DNA of 27,742 nt from Planctomycetota bacterium (lineage in GTDB: Bacteria > Planctomycetota > B15-G4 > JADJEK01). The translations under genes and the position numbers were made by a program. The notes beneath the pieces were generated by a model. It did no database searches, was not told where the DNA came from, and was given only the letters and a program-made list of their open reading frames with translations. Of this stretch, positions 8,173 through 20,459 are shown piece by piece (position 1 is the first letter of the stretch; each line of letters begins with the position of its first letter). The stretch lies in NCBI GenBank assembly GCA_044225365.1, contig JBGAIQ010000070.1, positions 1 through 27,742 on the forward strand. The letters are read 5' to 3'.

Positions 8173-9534
8173 ATGGCCACGCCGAATTCCGTGAACGTCA
8201 TGGACAAGATCGTCTCGCTCAGCAAGCGCCGCGGATTCGTCTTCCCGGCGAGCGAGATCTACGGCGGCCAGGCCTCGTGCTGGGACTACGGTCCCATGGG
8301 GGTCGAGCTGAAGCGCAACGTGAAGGACGCGTGGTGGAAGACCATGGTTCACGGGCGCGCCGACATCGTGGGGCTCGACTCCGCGATCCTGCAGCATCAG
8401 AAGGTCTGGCACGCCTCGGGCCACGTCGCGGGTTTCTCCGATCCGCTCGTCGACTGCAAGGAATGCAAGGCGCGCCTCCGCGCCGATCACATCGACAAGT
8501 TGCCCTGCGGCAACAACGCGTACAAGGGCCGCGCGGCGAGCAAGTGTCGCGACGCCGGCAACTTCACCGAGGCGCGTCAGTTCAACCTGATGTTCAAGAC
8601 GCACATGGGCCCGGTCGAGGACACGGCGGCCGTGGCGTTCCTGCGCCCAGAGACGGCGCAAGGCATCTTCATCAACTTCGTGAACGTGCTGAACAGCAGC
8701 CGCATGAAGCCGCCCTTCGGCATCGCGCAGGTCGGCAAGTCGTTCCGCAACGAGATCACACCCGGCAACTTCATCTTCCGCACTCGTGAGTTCGAGCAGA
8801 TGGAGATGGAGTTCTTCTGTCCGCCGACAGAATGGGAGAAGTGGTACCAGTACTGGTGCGATCATCGCTTCGCTTGGTATTCCTCGCTCGGCGTCCGGCC
8901 GGAGAACCTGCGAATGCGCGCGCATGCAAAGGACGAACTCGCGCACTACGCGAACGCGTGCGCCGACGTCGAGTACCTGTTCCCGTTCGGGTGGAGCGAG
9001 CTCGAGGGCATCGCCTCGCGCACCGACTTCGATCTGAAGCAGCACGAGACGCACTCCGGCAAGAACATGAAGTACTTCGACCCGGAGACGAAGACGCACT
9101 ACCACCCGTACGTGATCGAGCCCGCGGCGGGCGTCGATCGCGCGACGCTCGCGTTCCTCGTCGATTCGTTCCACGAGGACGTCGTCGAGGACGAGACTCG
9201 CACCGTGCTCAGGCTTCACCCCGCGCTCTCGCCGCTGAAGGCCGCGATCTTCCCGCTCGTGAAGAAGGAAGGCATGCCGGAGATGGCGGAGAACATCGAG
9301 AAGGAGCTGCGCAAGCGCTTCCTCGTGACCTACGACGAGAGCGGCGCGGTGGGCAAGCGCTATCGCCGCCAGGACGAGATCGGCACGCCGTTCTGCATCA
9401 CGGTCGACGGCGAGTCGGTGCAGAACGGATCGGTCACGATCCGCGAGCGCGACTCGATGAAGCAGGAGCGTATCGCCGCGACGGCGCTCCTCGATCACAT
9501 CGGCTCGCGCGTCACGTTCACGCCGCCCGCATGA
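8173..9534 (+). CDS. glyQS: Glycine--tRNA ligase, alpha2 (homodimeric) type
   Basis: KRRGFVFPASEIYGG, WDYGPMGVELK, FNLMFKT, LRPETAQGIF, GKSFRNEITPGNFIFRTREFEQME, GKRYRRQDEIGTPFC; GGAG RBS at 8163. Confidence 0.97.
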   Translation: MATPNSVNVMDKIVSLSKRRGFVFPASEIYGGQASCWDYGPMGVELKRNVKDAWWKTMVHGRADIVGLDSAILQHQKVWHASGHVAGFSDPLVDCKECKARLRADHIDKLPCGNNAYKGRAASKCRDAGNFTEARQFNLMFKTHMGPVEDTAAVAFLRPETAQGIFINFVNVLNSSRMKPPFGIAQVGKSFRNEITPGNFIFRTREFEQMEMEFFCPPTEWEKWYQYWCDHRFAWYSSLGVRPENLRMRAHAKDELAHYANACADVEYLFPFGWSELEGIASRTDFDLKQHETHSGKNMKYFDPETKTHYHPYVIEPAAGVDRATLAFLVDSFHEDVVEDETRTVLRLHPALSPLKAAIFPLVKKEGMPEMAENIEKELRKRFLVTYDESGAVGKRYRRQDEIGTPFCITVDGESVQNGSVTIRERDSMKQERIAATALLDHIGSRVTFTPPA

Positions 9535-11339
9535 ACGACGACGTCACGATCCCGCCCGCGCCGCAGCCCGCGTCGAAGGAAGAGCGGTACGAAGGCGTCG
9601 CCGTGTCGCACGGCGTCGGGATCGGGCCGCTGTTCCCGATCGCGCAGGCATTCCCGCTCGACGTGCCGGCGTACGTGCTGCCGGCCGAGATGGTGCCGAA
9701 GGAGGTCGAACGTCTCGCGAACGCGCTCGCGGCCGCGCGCCGCGATCTCGCGGAGCTGCGCGAGGAGGTGAAGGCGAAGGTCGGCGAGAACGATGCGCGC
9801 ATCTTCACCGTCCATCTCGAGGTCATCGAGGATCGATCGCTGCAGTCGCAGATCGAGAAGGCGATTCGTGACGACCAGATCAGCGCCGAAGCCGCGGTGT
9901 CGAAGATCATCCAGCGGTACTGCGAAGCGTTCGAGAAGCTGAACGACGACTTCGCGCGTGAGCGCGTCGCCGACGTGCGCGACGTGGGGCGGCGGTTGCT
10001 GCAGAATCTCGCGGCGACCGAGCGTCCGGCGTCGTCGATCCCGGACCGACCGCACGTCATCGTCACCGACGAATTGATGCCGTCCGACGCCGCGCGGCTC
10101 GATCGCAAGAAGATCGCGGGCATCATCACGAAGGTCGGCGGCAAGGCGAGCCACGCGGCGATCCTCGCGCGCGCACTCGGCATCCCGGCCGTGACCGGGA
10201 TCAACGACATCGAGCGTCTCGCGCAGCGCAGCGGCGACATGGCGATCGTCGATGGGCGCGATGGCGTCGTCATCGCGAACCCTTCGGAAGCGACGATCCA
10301 GAAGTTCGTGGGTGCGGCGCTTCGCCTCGATCGCATGCGCGAGACCCTGCTCTCGCAGCCCGGGCTTCCCGCGGTCACCAAGGACGGCGTCGCGGTCGAC
10401 CTCTATCTCAACGTCGAGAACCCCGGCGATCTGCTCGTGGCCGAGATGAAGGGCCTCGCCGGCATCGGGCTGTATCGCACCGAGTTCGTCTATCTCGAGC
10501 GCAAGTCGTTCCCGTCCGAGGACGAGCAGTTCGAGGTCTACAAGCAGGTGCTCGCACGCAGCCCCGGACTCGAGGTCGTGTTCCGCACGATCGACATCGG
10601 CGGCGACAAGAAGCTGCCGTACTTCCGCATCGGCAACGAGGACAACCCTGCGCTCGGCTGGCGTGGTTACCGCATCTGCGACGAATGGCCCGACATGTTC
10701 ATCGCTCAGGTGCGAGCCCTGCTGCGTGCGTCGGCGTTCGGCAACGTCAGCATCCTCCTGCCGATGATCACGACCGTCGAGGAGATCCGGCGCGCCGCGG
10801 CGATCGTGGTCGACGTGAAGGCCGACCTCGCACGGCGCAAGATCCAGACCGCCGAGAAGGTGCCGCTCGGCATCATGGTGGAAGTGCCCGCCGCCGCCAT
10901 CTCGATCGACAACATGCTGCGCGAGTGTGATTTCGTCTCGATCGGCAGCAACGATCTCATCCAGTACATTCTCGCCGCGGATCGCAACAACGCGCGCGTC
11001 TCGAGCATTTCGCAGCCGCTCAATCCGAGCGTCCTGCGCACGGTGAAGAACGTCATCAAGGCCGCGCAGATGGCGAACAAGCCCGTATCGCTCTGCGGCG
11101 AGATGGCGGGCAGCTTCTACTGCACGCTCGTCCTGCTCGGCATGGGCCTGCGAAAGTTCTCGATGGCCCGGCACTACGTGCAGGGTGTCGGACGATTGAT
11201 CCAGAGCGTCACGCTCGCCGAAGCCGAGCAGGTCGCGCGGCGCGTCCTGTCCTTCAACACGACGGGGGAAGTTCGCGCGTTCTTGTCGGCCCGCACGAAG
11301 GAAGTGTTCCGCGGGATCGGTGTCGAGATCGAGGACTGA
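9531..11339 (+). CDS. ptsI: Phosphoenolpyruvate-protein phosphotransferase (PTS enzyme I), no GAF domain
   Basis: GGKASHAAILARALGIPAV (phospho-His), GIGLYRTEF, RTIDIGGDK, NPALGWRG, GIMVEVP, SIGSNDLIQY, LCGEMAG; ATGA overlap with glyQS stop. Confidence 0.95.
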   Translation: MNDDVTIPPAPQPASKEERYEGVAVSHGVGIGPLFPIAQAFPLDVPAYVLPAEMVPKEVERLANALAAARRDLAELREEVKAKVGENDARIFTVHLEVIEDRSLQSQIEKAIRDDQISAEAAVSKIIQRYCEAFEKLNDDFARERVADVRDVGRRLLQNLAATERPASSIPDRPHVIVTDELMPSDAARLDRKKIAGIITKVGGKASHAAILARALGIPAVTGINDIERLAQRSGDMAIVDGRDGVVIANPSEATIQKFVGAALRLDRMRETLLSQPGLPAVTKDGVAVDLYLNVENPGDLLVAEMKGLAGIGLYRTEFVYLERKSFPSEDEQFEVYKQVLARSPGLEVVFRTIDIGGDKKLPYFRIGNEDNPALGWRGYRICDEWPDMFIAQVRALLRASAFGNVSILLPMITTVEEIRRAAAIVVDVKADLARRKIQTAEKVPLGIMVEVPAAAISIDNMLRECDFVSIGSNDLIQYILAADRNNARVSSISQPLNPSVLRTVKNVIKAAQMANKPVSLCGEMAGSFYCTLVLLGMGLRKFSMARHYVQGVGRLIQSVTLAEAEQVARRVLSFNTTGEVRAFLSARTKEVFRGIGVEIED

Positions 11340-11348
11340 AGGCCGTCC

Positions 11349-12785
11349 TCATTTCACGTCGAGCAGGTGCGCCGGCTCGCGCACGCCGCTGCCCTTCTTC
11401 CCCCGCAGTGCGTCGCCGAGGTCGGCTCGCATCTCGTCGGCGGCTTTCTCGATCTTCTTCACGATCTCGGCGTGTTCGGCCGCGACGTTCTTCGTCTCCG
11501 CGAGATCGTTGCCGAGGTCGTAGAGCGCGAGCGGCGTCTTCACCGCGGGGTCGTACTTGCCCGGCGCGCCGTCCTTGCCGGGCTTCTGTCCGGCCATCGA
11601 GCGATAGGTGTGCGGGAAGTACAGCTTCCAGCGTCCGAGGCGGACTCCCTCGAGGTCGTTCACGTTGTAGTAGAAGAACAACGCTTCGTGCGGCGGGGCC
11701 TCGGTCGATCCGAGGAGGAGATTCCAGGCGCTCGTGCCGTCGATCAGGAGCGTGGGGAGGTCGGCGGGCGTCGCGTGAATCGCGCTCGCGATCGTGGGGA
11801 GGAGGTCGATCGCCATCCACGGCGACGCGACGACTCGACCCTCGGGCAGGTGCGACGGCCAGTAGGCGATGCAGGGTTCGCGCACGCCACCCTCGAAGGT
11901 GGTGCCCTTGCCTTCGCGCAGCGGTCCCGCGGATCCCGACCAGTTCCCGTAGGACAGCCACGGTCCGTTGTCGGAGACGAAGAGAAGGAGCGTGTCCTTC
12001 TCGATGTCGAGGTCGCGCAGCGCCATCACGATGCGGCGCACGGAGTCGTCGATCTCCGCGAGCACGTCGGCGTAGAGGCCGCCGCCGGTCTTCCCACGAA
12101 ACGCCTTCGAGGCGTGAAGCGGTACGTGCGGCATCGGGTGAGCGAGGTAGAGGAAGAATGGCTGCTGGCTCGCATGGCTCTTCTCGATGAAGTCGATCGA
12201 GCGCGTCGTGAACTCGGAGGTGAAGTGATCCTGATCGGGATTCACTTCGATCGTCCGGTCGCCTTCGATCAAAGGCAATGGCGGGAAGTAACTCTTCGTT
12301 TCGGGATGCTCCGGAACCATGTCGTTCGAGTAGGGGATTCCGAAGAACTCGTCGAATCCATGATGCGTCGGCAGGAACGGCGTTTGATGTCCGAGGTGCC
12401 ACTTCCCGAACGCGGCCGTCTTGTAGCCGAGGGAGTGGCACACGTCCGCGATCGTCTTCTCGCCGGCGCCGAGGCCGATCTTCGCGGTGTGATCGAGCGC
12501 GCCGGAGAATCCGATGCGGTTCGGGTAACAGCCGGTGAGGATCGATGCCCGCGTGGCCGAGCAGACGGGCTGTGTTGCGTAGAAGTCGGTCGAGCGAACT
12601 CCTTGTGCGGCGAGCCGGTCGAGGAACGGCGTCCTCGAGGGACTCGCGCCGTAGCAACCGAGGTCGCCGTAGCCGAGATCGTCGACGACGATGAGCACGA
12701 CGTTTGGACGAATGGGTCGCGGCTCGATGGCGGCCGATCCGAGAACGGCCGGGAGCATCGCGAGGAGAAGGACGGAACGGACCAT
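11349..12785 (-). CDS. Secreted arylsulfatase (formylglycine-dependent S1 family)
   Basis: Signal peptide, PNVVLIVVDDLGYGD, CSATRASILTG, FGKWHLG, PHVP, SDNGP, GKGTTFEGGVREP; GGAG RBS upstream of ATG 12785. Confidence 0.93.
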   Translation of the reverse strand: MVRSVLLLAMLPAVLGSAAIEPRPIRPNVVLIVVDDLGYGDLGCYGASPSRTPFLDRLAAQGVRSTDFYATQPVCSATRASILTGCYPNRIGFSGALDHTAKIGLGAGEKTIADVCHSLGYKTAAFGKWHLGHQTPFLPTHHGFDEFFGIPYSNDMVPEHPETKSYFPPLPLIEGDRTIEVNPDQDHFTSEFTTRSIDFIEKSHASQQPFFLYLAHPMPHVPLHASKAFRGKTGGGLYADVLAEIDDSVRRIVMALRDLDIEKDTLLLFVSDNGPWLSYGNWSGSAGPLREGKGTTFEGGVREPCIAYWPSHLPEGRVVASPWMAIDLLPTIASAIHATPADLPTLLIDGTSAWNLLLGSTEAPPHEALFFYYNVNDLEGVRLGRWKLYFPHTYRSMAGQKPGKDGAPGKYDPAVKTPLALYDLGNDLAETKNVAAEHAEIVKKIEKAADEMRADLGDALRGKKGSGVREPAHLLDVK

Positions 12786-13025
12786 CGCTCCACGGTAATG
12801 GATCGCTCGCGATCGGGCCAATGCGTTTGCGCCGCGGACTCGACGATCGCGCGAAGGTGCAAGAATCCCTCAGTTTCCGCGCGACGTCTCGCCGATGAGG
12901 GCTCCGAAGGTCGCATCAAGCCGCGACCGAAGTCAGGATCGAAACAACACGAAACGGGCCCTGCCGGAACCGTCTCTCGCCCGATCGAGAGCCGTGCACT
13001 CCCATGGTCCGTTGGAGGGGCGACG

Positions 13026-13415
13026 ATGGGTTCTCGCTCGGCCGTAGGAATTCGCTTCACCGCGACGCCGGTTGCTCAGGGCGCCGCGATCGAGATCGAT
13101 CTGCCGGAACCGAATCTCGACTTCGACGTGGCCGACGCGCTCAAGAGCGCGCTGACCGAAACGGTCGCCAACTACCTCGACGAGGGGTATCGTTCGTTCG
13201 TGCTCGACCTCATGACGGTCGAACGAATCGATTCGTGCGGCGTGGGACTCCTCATCAGTCTTCATCATCAGGTCGTCGCGGTCGGCGGAACGATCGTAGT
13301 CGCGGTGAACTCCCCGTTCGTTCGAAAGGTCCTGCGCATGATGCGCCTCGACCGCTTCCTCGACCTCGAGACCTCCGTCGAGCGTTCGCTCCGGGTCCTC
13401 GTCGACATCGACTGA
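13026..13415 (+). CDS. STAS-domain protein (anti-sigma factor antagonist-like)
   Basis: VLDLMTVERIDSCGVGLLISL, VRKVLRMMRLDRFL; 129 aa; strong GGAGG RBS at ~13014. Confidence 0.88.
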   Translation: MGSRSAVGIRFTATPVAQGAAIEIDLPEPNLDFDVADALKSALTETVANYLDEGYRSFVLDLMTVERIDSCGVGLLISLHHQVVAVGGTIVVAVNSPFVRKVLRMMRLDRFLDLETSVERSLRVLVDID

Positions 13416-13459
13416 TCGTCGATTCATGAGAGCGTGTGGGGGCGCGTGGGACGAATCGG

Positions 13460-14503
13460 TCAGCGCGCGGGTAGGACAGCGGGGAGGATCGTGAAGTCCA
13501 TCGGCTCGATCGCGTCGTGCGATCCGTCGGACTTGCCGGCGAATTGCACCGTTCGCTTCGTCTCTGCGGCGGCTTCTTCCGGCGTCATGCCGTGCTCGAG
13601 GATGAGATCGAGATACGTGAAATCGATGATCGCGCTGCCCGCCCAGTCCGCGTCGCGCCGGTAGCCCGAGATCGGGAATCCTGCGTGCGGCGAGCTCGCC
13701 GACATGAGCGCCGCGCCGAATCCCTCGCGGAGCACCGAGCACGCGCCGAGGTGGAGGAGGACGAGATTCCCGGCATCGCGGAGCGCGGTTCCGAGCGTCG
13801 CGCCGTCGACCATCTGCTCGCCGGTCTCGAGGCCCTTCGGACTTCCGTGCGACGAGATGTAGAGGACCACCGGGTCCGGGAGCGTTGCCGTCTCGCGACA
13901 GTAGCGCAGGAGATCGTCGCGGTCGTGGATGAAGCGATGGCGCACGGCGACGTTCGGCAAGCGCTCGAAGAAGGCGCGCAGCATCGCTCCGTAGGAGTAC
14001 TCGTGCTCGGAGAGGCCCTCTTCCCAGTTGGCCTCGAGGATGACGAGCCACACGCGTCCCGGCACGCTCTCGATCCGCTCGCCCGACCAGTTCTCGAAGC
14101 GATCGCGGCCCGCGCCGAGAGTGAGCGGATCACCGCTCGCGCCGGGTTGCCAGACTCCGTCGAAGCCCTTGCCGTCGGCCGAGAGCGAGAAGAGCGCGCG
14201 GCCTACGGTGCCGTCGGCCTCCCGGTAGGTGAGCTGCGCCGTCGTCCCGACGAGCCGGCCTTCGAGCGTGGCGCCTTCGCCGTAGGAATACGAACCGTGG
14301 ACCGCGGTGCCTTCGACCGCGAGGCGCATCGAGCCGTACGTCGTCTTCCAGAGGCCGGCGAAGCCGTTCGTGGGAAATGCAGCGGCTGCGATCGCCTCGG
14401 GCTGGACTTCCTGCGGGGCCGCGGCGCGTCCGGCGCAACCGGCGCAAAGGCCGAGCAACAGGATCCTGGACACACTGCGGATCATCGCGAATCGCACGTT
14501 CAT
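13460..14503 (-). CDS. Putative lipoprotein: N-terminal beta-rich domain plus C-terminal caspase/CHAT-clan-like domain
   Basis: Lipobox-like LLLGLCAGC; Gly/aromatic beta repeats (FAGLWKTTYG...FDGVW); VLYISSHGS and LLHLGACSV strand-His/strand-Cys motifs; start could be ATG 14485. Confidence 0.7.
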   Translation of the reverse strand: MNVRFAMIRSVSRILLLGLCAGCAGRAAAPQEVQPEAIAAAAFPTNGFAGLWKTTYGSMRLAVEGTAVHGSYSYGEGATLEGRLVGTTAQLTYREADGTVGRALFSLSADGKGFDGVWQPGASGDPLTLGAGRDRFENWSGERIESVPGRVWLVILEANWEEGLSEHEYSYGAMLRAFFERLPNVAVRHRFIHDRDDLLRYCRETATLPDPVVLYISSHGSPKGLETGEQMVDGATLGTALRDAGNLVLLHLGACSVLREGFGAALMSASSPHAGFPISGYRRDADWAGSAIIDFTYLDLILEHGMTPEEAAAETKRTVQFAGKSDGSHDAIEPMDFTILPAVLPAR

Positions 14504-14705
14504 GGCTCACTCGCTTCCCGGATCGGTTTCTGGTTCAACAGGGGAAAACTCCTGCGACGATCCGCGCGCGGGGGACGATAACATGCGGCGCTTCGAGTGC
14601 GGCGGCTTGCCTCGGGTGGCTGGAGCGCCCCATGCCCGATGAATCGCTGCGCCGGAAGAGTTCGGACGTCCTGTTCCATCGATCGAACCTGAGAAGAGTC
14701 TCGCC

Positions 14706-15455
14706 ATGGGAATCGTGAAGCTCGGCTTCCTGATGTTCGTCGCCGCCGTCTCCGGCGGTTGCTACTCCACGTACTCGGTGAAGCCGACGACCGCCGATCA
14801 GGACTACCTGCGACAGGTCGAGTCCTCGATCCCGCAGGACGATTTCTTCGTCCCGGGCGTCGTGCGCTTCGTGGGGCCCCTACTCTCCGGCGGGCCGATC
14901 ACGACCAACCCGTCGCTCAGCTTCACCGGCCGCGGCAACAAATTCGAGTATCCGGTCTTCGACGTCGTGCGCGACGCGTGCGCGATCGCGGTGCGCCGCT
15001 CCTTCAAGGCGATCACGGAACCGCCGAAGGCGTTTCTCCGCGACGACGCCCTCGAGGTGGAGTTCAGTCTGCGCGACGTGCGCATCGAACATCATGGCGG
15101 CGACGGCGAGGCTCAGTGCCGTCTCGAACTCGGCTGCCAGGTGAAGTACCCCGCGCCGAGCACCTACGTGGTCGCGCAATTCACCGTGCGCGTCGATACG
15201 GTGTCGGGGCAGTTGAACAAGGACGGAACCGGCGTGGGTGGCCCCGGCGTGCTGTGGGTCGCGGCGGGTGAAGCGGCGAAGAAGGCGGCAGAGCTCTTGA
15301 AGAGTTCCGAGGTCCGCGGGCGCTTCGCGCACCAGGACGACTTCATCGCCTGGCGCTCGAACGTCGACGGCCACGCGCCGCCCGATCAGCAGCGCCCGAA
15401 GTTCGATCTGCGCAACACGTGGGGCGAGTACAAGCCGGTGGTCGTACTGCGCTGA
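14706..15455 (+). CDS. Hypothetical lipoprotein
   Basis: MGIVKLGFLMFVAAVSGGC lipoprotein-type signal; codon usage matches neighbouring genes; no recognised domain. Confidence 0.7.
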   Translation: MGIVKLGFLMFVAAVSGGCYSTYSVKPTTADQDYLRQVESSIPQDDFFVPGVVRFVGPLLSGGPITTNPSLSFTGRGNKFEYPVFDVVRDACAIAVRRSFKAITEPPKAFLRDDALEVEFSLRDVRIEHHGGDGEAQCRLELGCQVKYPAPSTYVVAQFTVRVDTVSGQLNKDGTGVGGPGVLWVAAGEAAKKAAELLKSSEVRGRFAHQDDFIAWRSNVDGHAPPDQQRPKFDLRNTWGEYKPVVVLR

Positions 15456-15489
15456 GGCGGCGGCCGCCCGATCGCGCTGCCACTCCGGA

Positions 15490-19077
<3,588 letters not shown>

Positions 19078-19317
19078 GCCAGGCTCCTGATCGTGTCGAC
19101 GGGGCGTGCCGCGAGAGGCAAGCCCCGTGGGGTTCGAACTGCGAGCGACGCGGCGCAACGACGCCGCGTGATTCGCGCTCCCTCGCCTCGCTGCGGATCC
19201 GCCTCGAGGAACATCGAGTCGACTCTCGAGGGAAGAGTCGAGAACCCGAGAGTTCCATCCGCAACGCTCGCGAAGAGTCTCGCTATGATACGGATTCGTC
19301 CCAACGGGAGTCCGCGC

Positions 19318-19743
19318 GTGCGATTACGAACTGCGACGAAACATCCATCGAGTGCCGCCGATCGAGTTCGGCCGCGCGACGAGAGACGGAGGGTTATCGG
19401 CATTCGCCGTCCGCGCGTTGCACCGAGCCTTCTCTTGAGCCTGATTGCTCTTGCGCCGGGTTGCGTCTCCGCGATCGATCTCGACGAGAGCACTTCGCCA
19501 CTCGCCCCTGGACACTACACGGCGATCGGCGAGGCCGAAGGCAGTTCCTCCGGATTCTCCGTCTTCCTGATGCAGTTCGGTAGCAGCGATGCGATCGGAA
19601 GCGCGCGGGATCGGGCATTGAAGGACAGCGGCGGCGACGCCCTCGTCAAGGTCTCCGCCGATTCGCGCGACTTCTACTTCCTGTTCCTATTCGGATTCCA
19701 TTCCGCCACGGTGCGCGGCACTGCGGTGCGGAGATCGCCATGA
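19318..19743 (+). CDS. Small lipoprotein, paralog 1 of 3 (TRL/Bor-like); start uncertain
   Basis: SLLLSLIALAPGC lipobox; LDESTSPLAPG..T.IG, ARDRAL...GDALVKVS, VRGTAV shared with the next two ORFs. Start candidates: ATG 19285, GTG 19318 (GGGAG RBS), ATT 19402. Confidence 0.7.
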   Translation: MRLRTATKHPSSAADRVRPRDERRRVIGIRRPRVAPSLLLSLIALAPGCVSAIDLDESTSPLAPGHYTAIGEAEGSSSGFSVFLMQFGSSDAIGSARDRALKDSGGDALVKVSADSRDFYFLFLFGFHSATVRGTAVRRSP

Positions 19744-20090
19744 AATCGTCCGGCTTCGTTTCGCGCAGGGTCGCCGTCGCGGCTCTTTCGAGCCTCCTGG
19801 CCCTCGGAGCCTGCACCGCGCCGGTGGGGCTCGCGCCTTCGACCGAGCCGCTCGCGCCCGGCACCTTCACGGTGATCGGCCCCGAGGTGTCGGCGAAGAA
19901 GATGGGCTTCCAGATCCTCTTCCTGCCCTTCACGCCGAGCAATCCCGCGGGCAAAGCGCGTGACGAGGCGATCCACGACGCGGGCGCCGACGCGCTCATC
20001 GACGTCGCCGTCGACGTCACGCAATGCAACCTCATCCTCGTCCACTTCATCTGGACGACGGTGTACGGCATTCCGGTGAAGAAGAACTGA
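19740..20090 (+). CDS. Small lipoprotein, paralog 2 of 3 (TRL/Bor-like)
   Basis: LLALGAC lipobox; LAPSTEPLAPGTFTVIG, ARDEAI...GADALIDVAVD, TTVYGIPV; ATGA overlap with paralog 1. Confidence 0.8.
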   Translation: MKSSGFVSRRVAVAALSSLLALGACTAPVGLAPSTEPLAPGTFTVIGPEVSAKKMGFQILFLPFTPSNPAGKARDEAIHDAGADALIDVAVDVTQCNLILVHFIWTTVYGIPVKKN

Positions 20091-20104
20091 GCGGAGCGCG
20101 ATCG

Positions 20105-20449
20105 ATGAATCCATCGCGAAGGCCGCTCGCATTCGTCTTCCTCCTGCTCATCGCCACGCTCTCCGCGTGTCGCGGGCAGCCCGCCGGACTCGCTTCGTCG
20201 ACGATCCCCGTCCGTCCCGATCGCATCACGATCCTCGGCGACGCCGAGGGCAGCGCCTGGGGCATGGTCGCGCTCTGCGTCCCGTTCTTCACTCGCCAGG
20301 CTCCGCTCGCGCGCGATCGCGCGATCGAGAGCGTCCCCGGCGCGCAAGGACTCGTCGACGTCTCGCTCAGCTACAAGATGTATCCGCTGATCCTCGTGAC
20401 GCTCACGAAGACGACGGTTCGCGGGAAGGCCTTCGCCCAGGCGGAGTGA
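20105..20449 (+). CDS. Small lipoprotein, paralog 3 of 3 (TRL/Bor-like)
   Basis: LLIATLSAC lipobox; LASSTIPVRP..ITILG, ARDRAI...GAQGLVDVS, TTVRGKAF; GGAG RBS at 20093. Confidence 0.8.
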   Translation: MNPSRRPLAFVFLLLIATLSACRGQPAGLASSTIPVRPDRITILGDAEGSAWGMVALCVPFFTRQAPLARDRAIESVPGAQGLVDVSLSYKMYPLILVTLTKTTVRGKAFAQAE

Positions 20450-20459
20450 CGAGCGCTCG

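Noticed and set aside
12870-12898. Sigma28-like promoter (TCAGTTT...GCCGATGA) upstream of the STAS gene
   Set aside because: The spacer is a few nt longer than the consensus and there is no supporting context.
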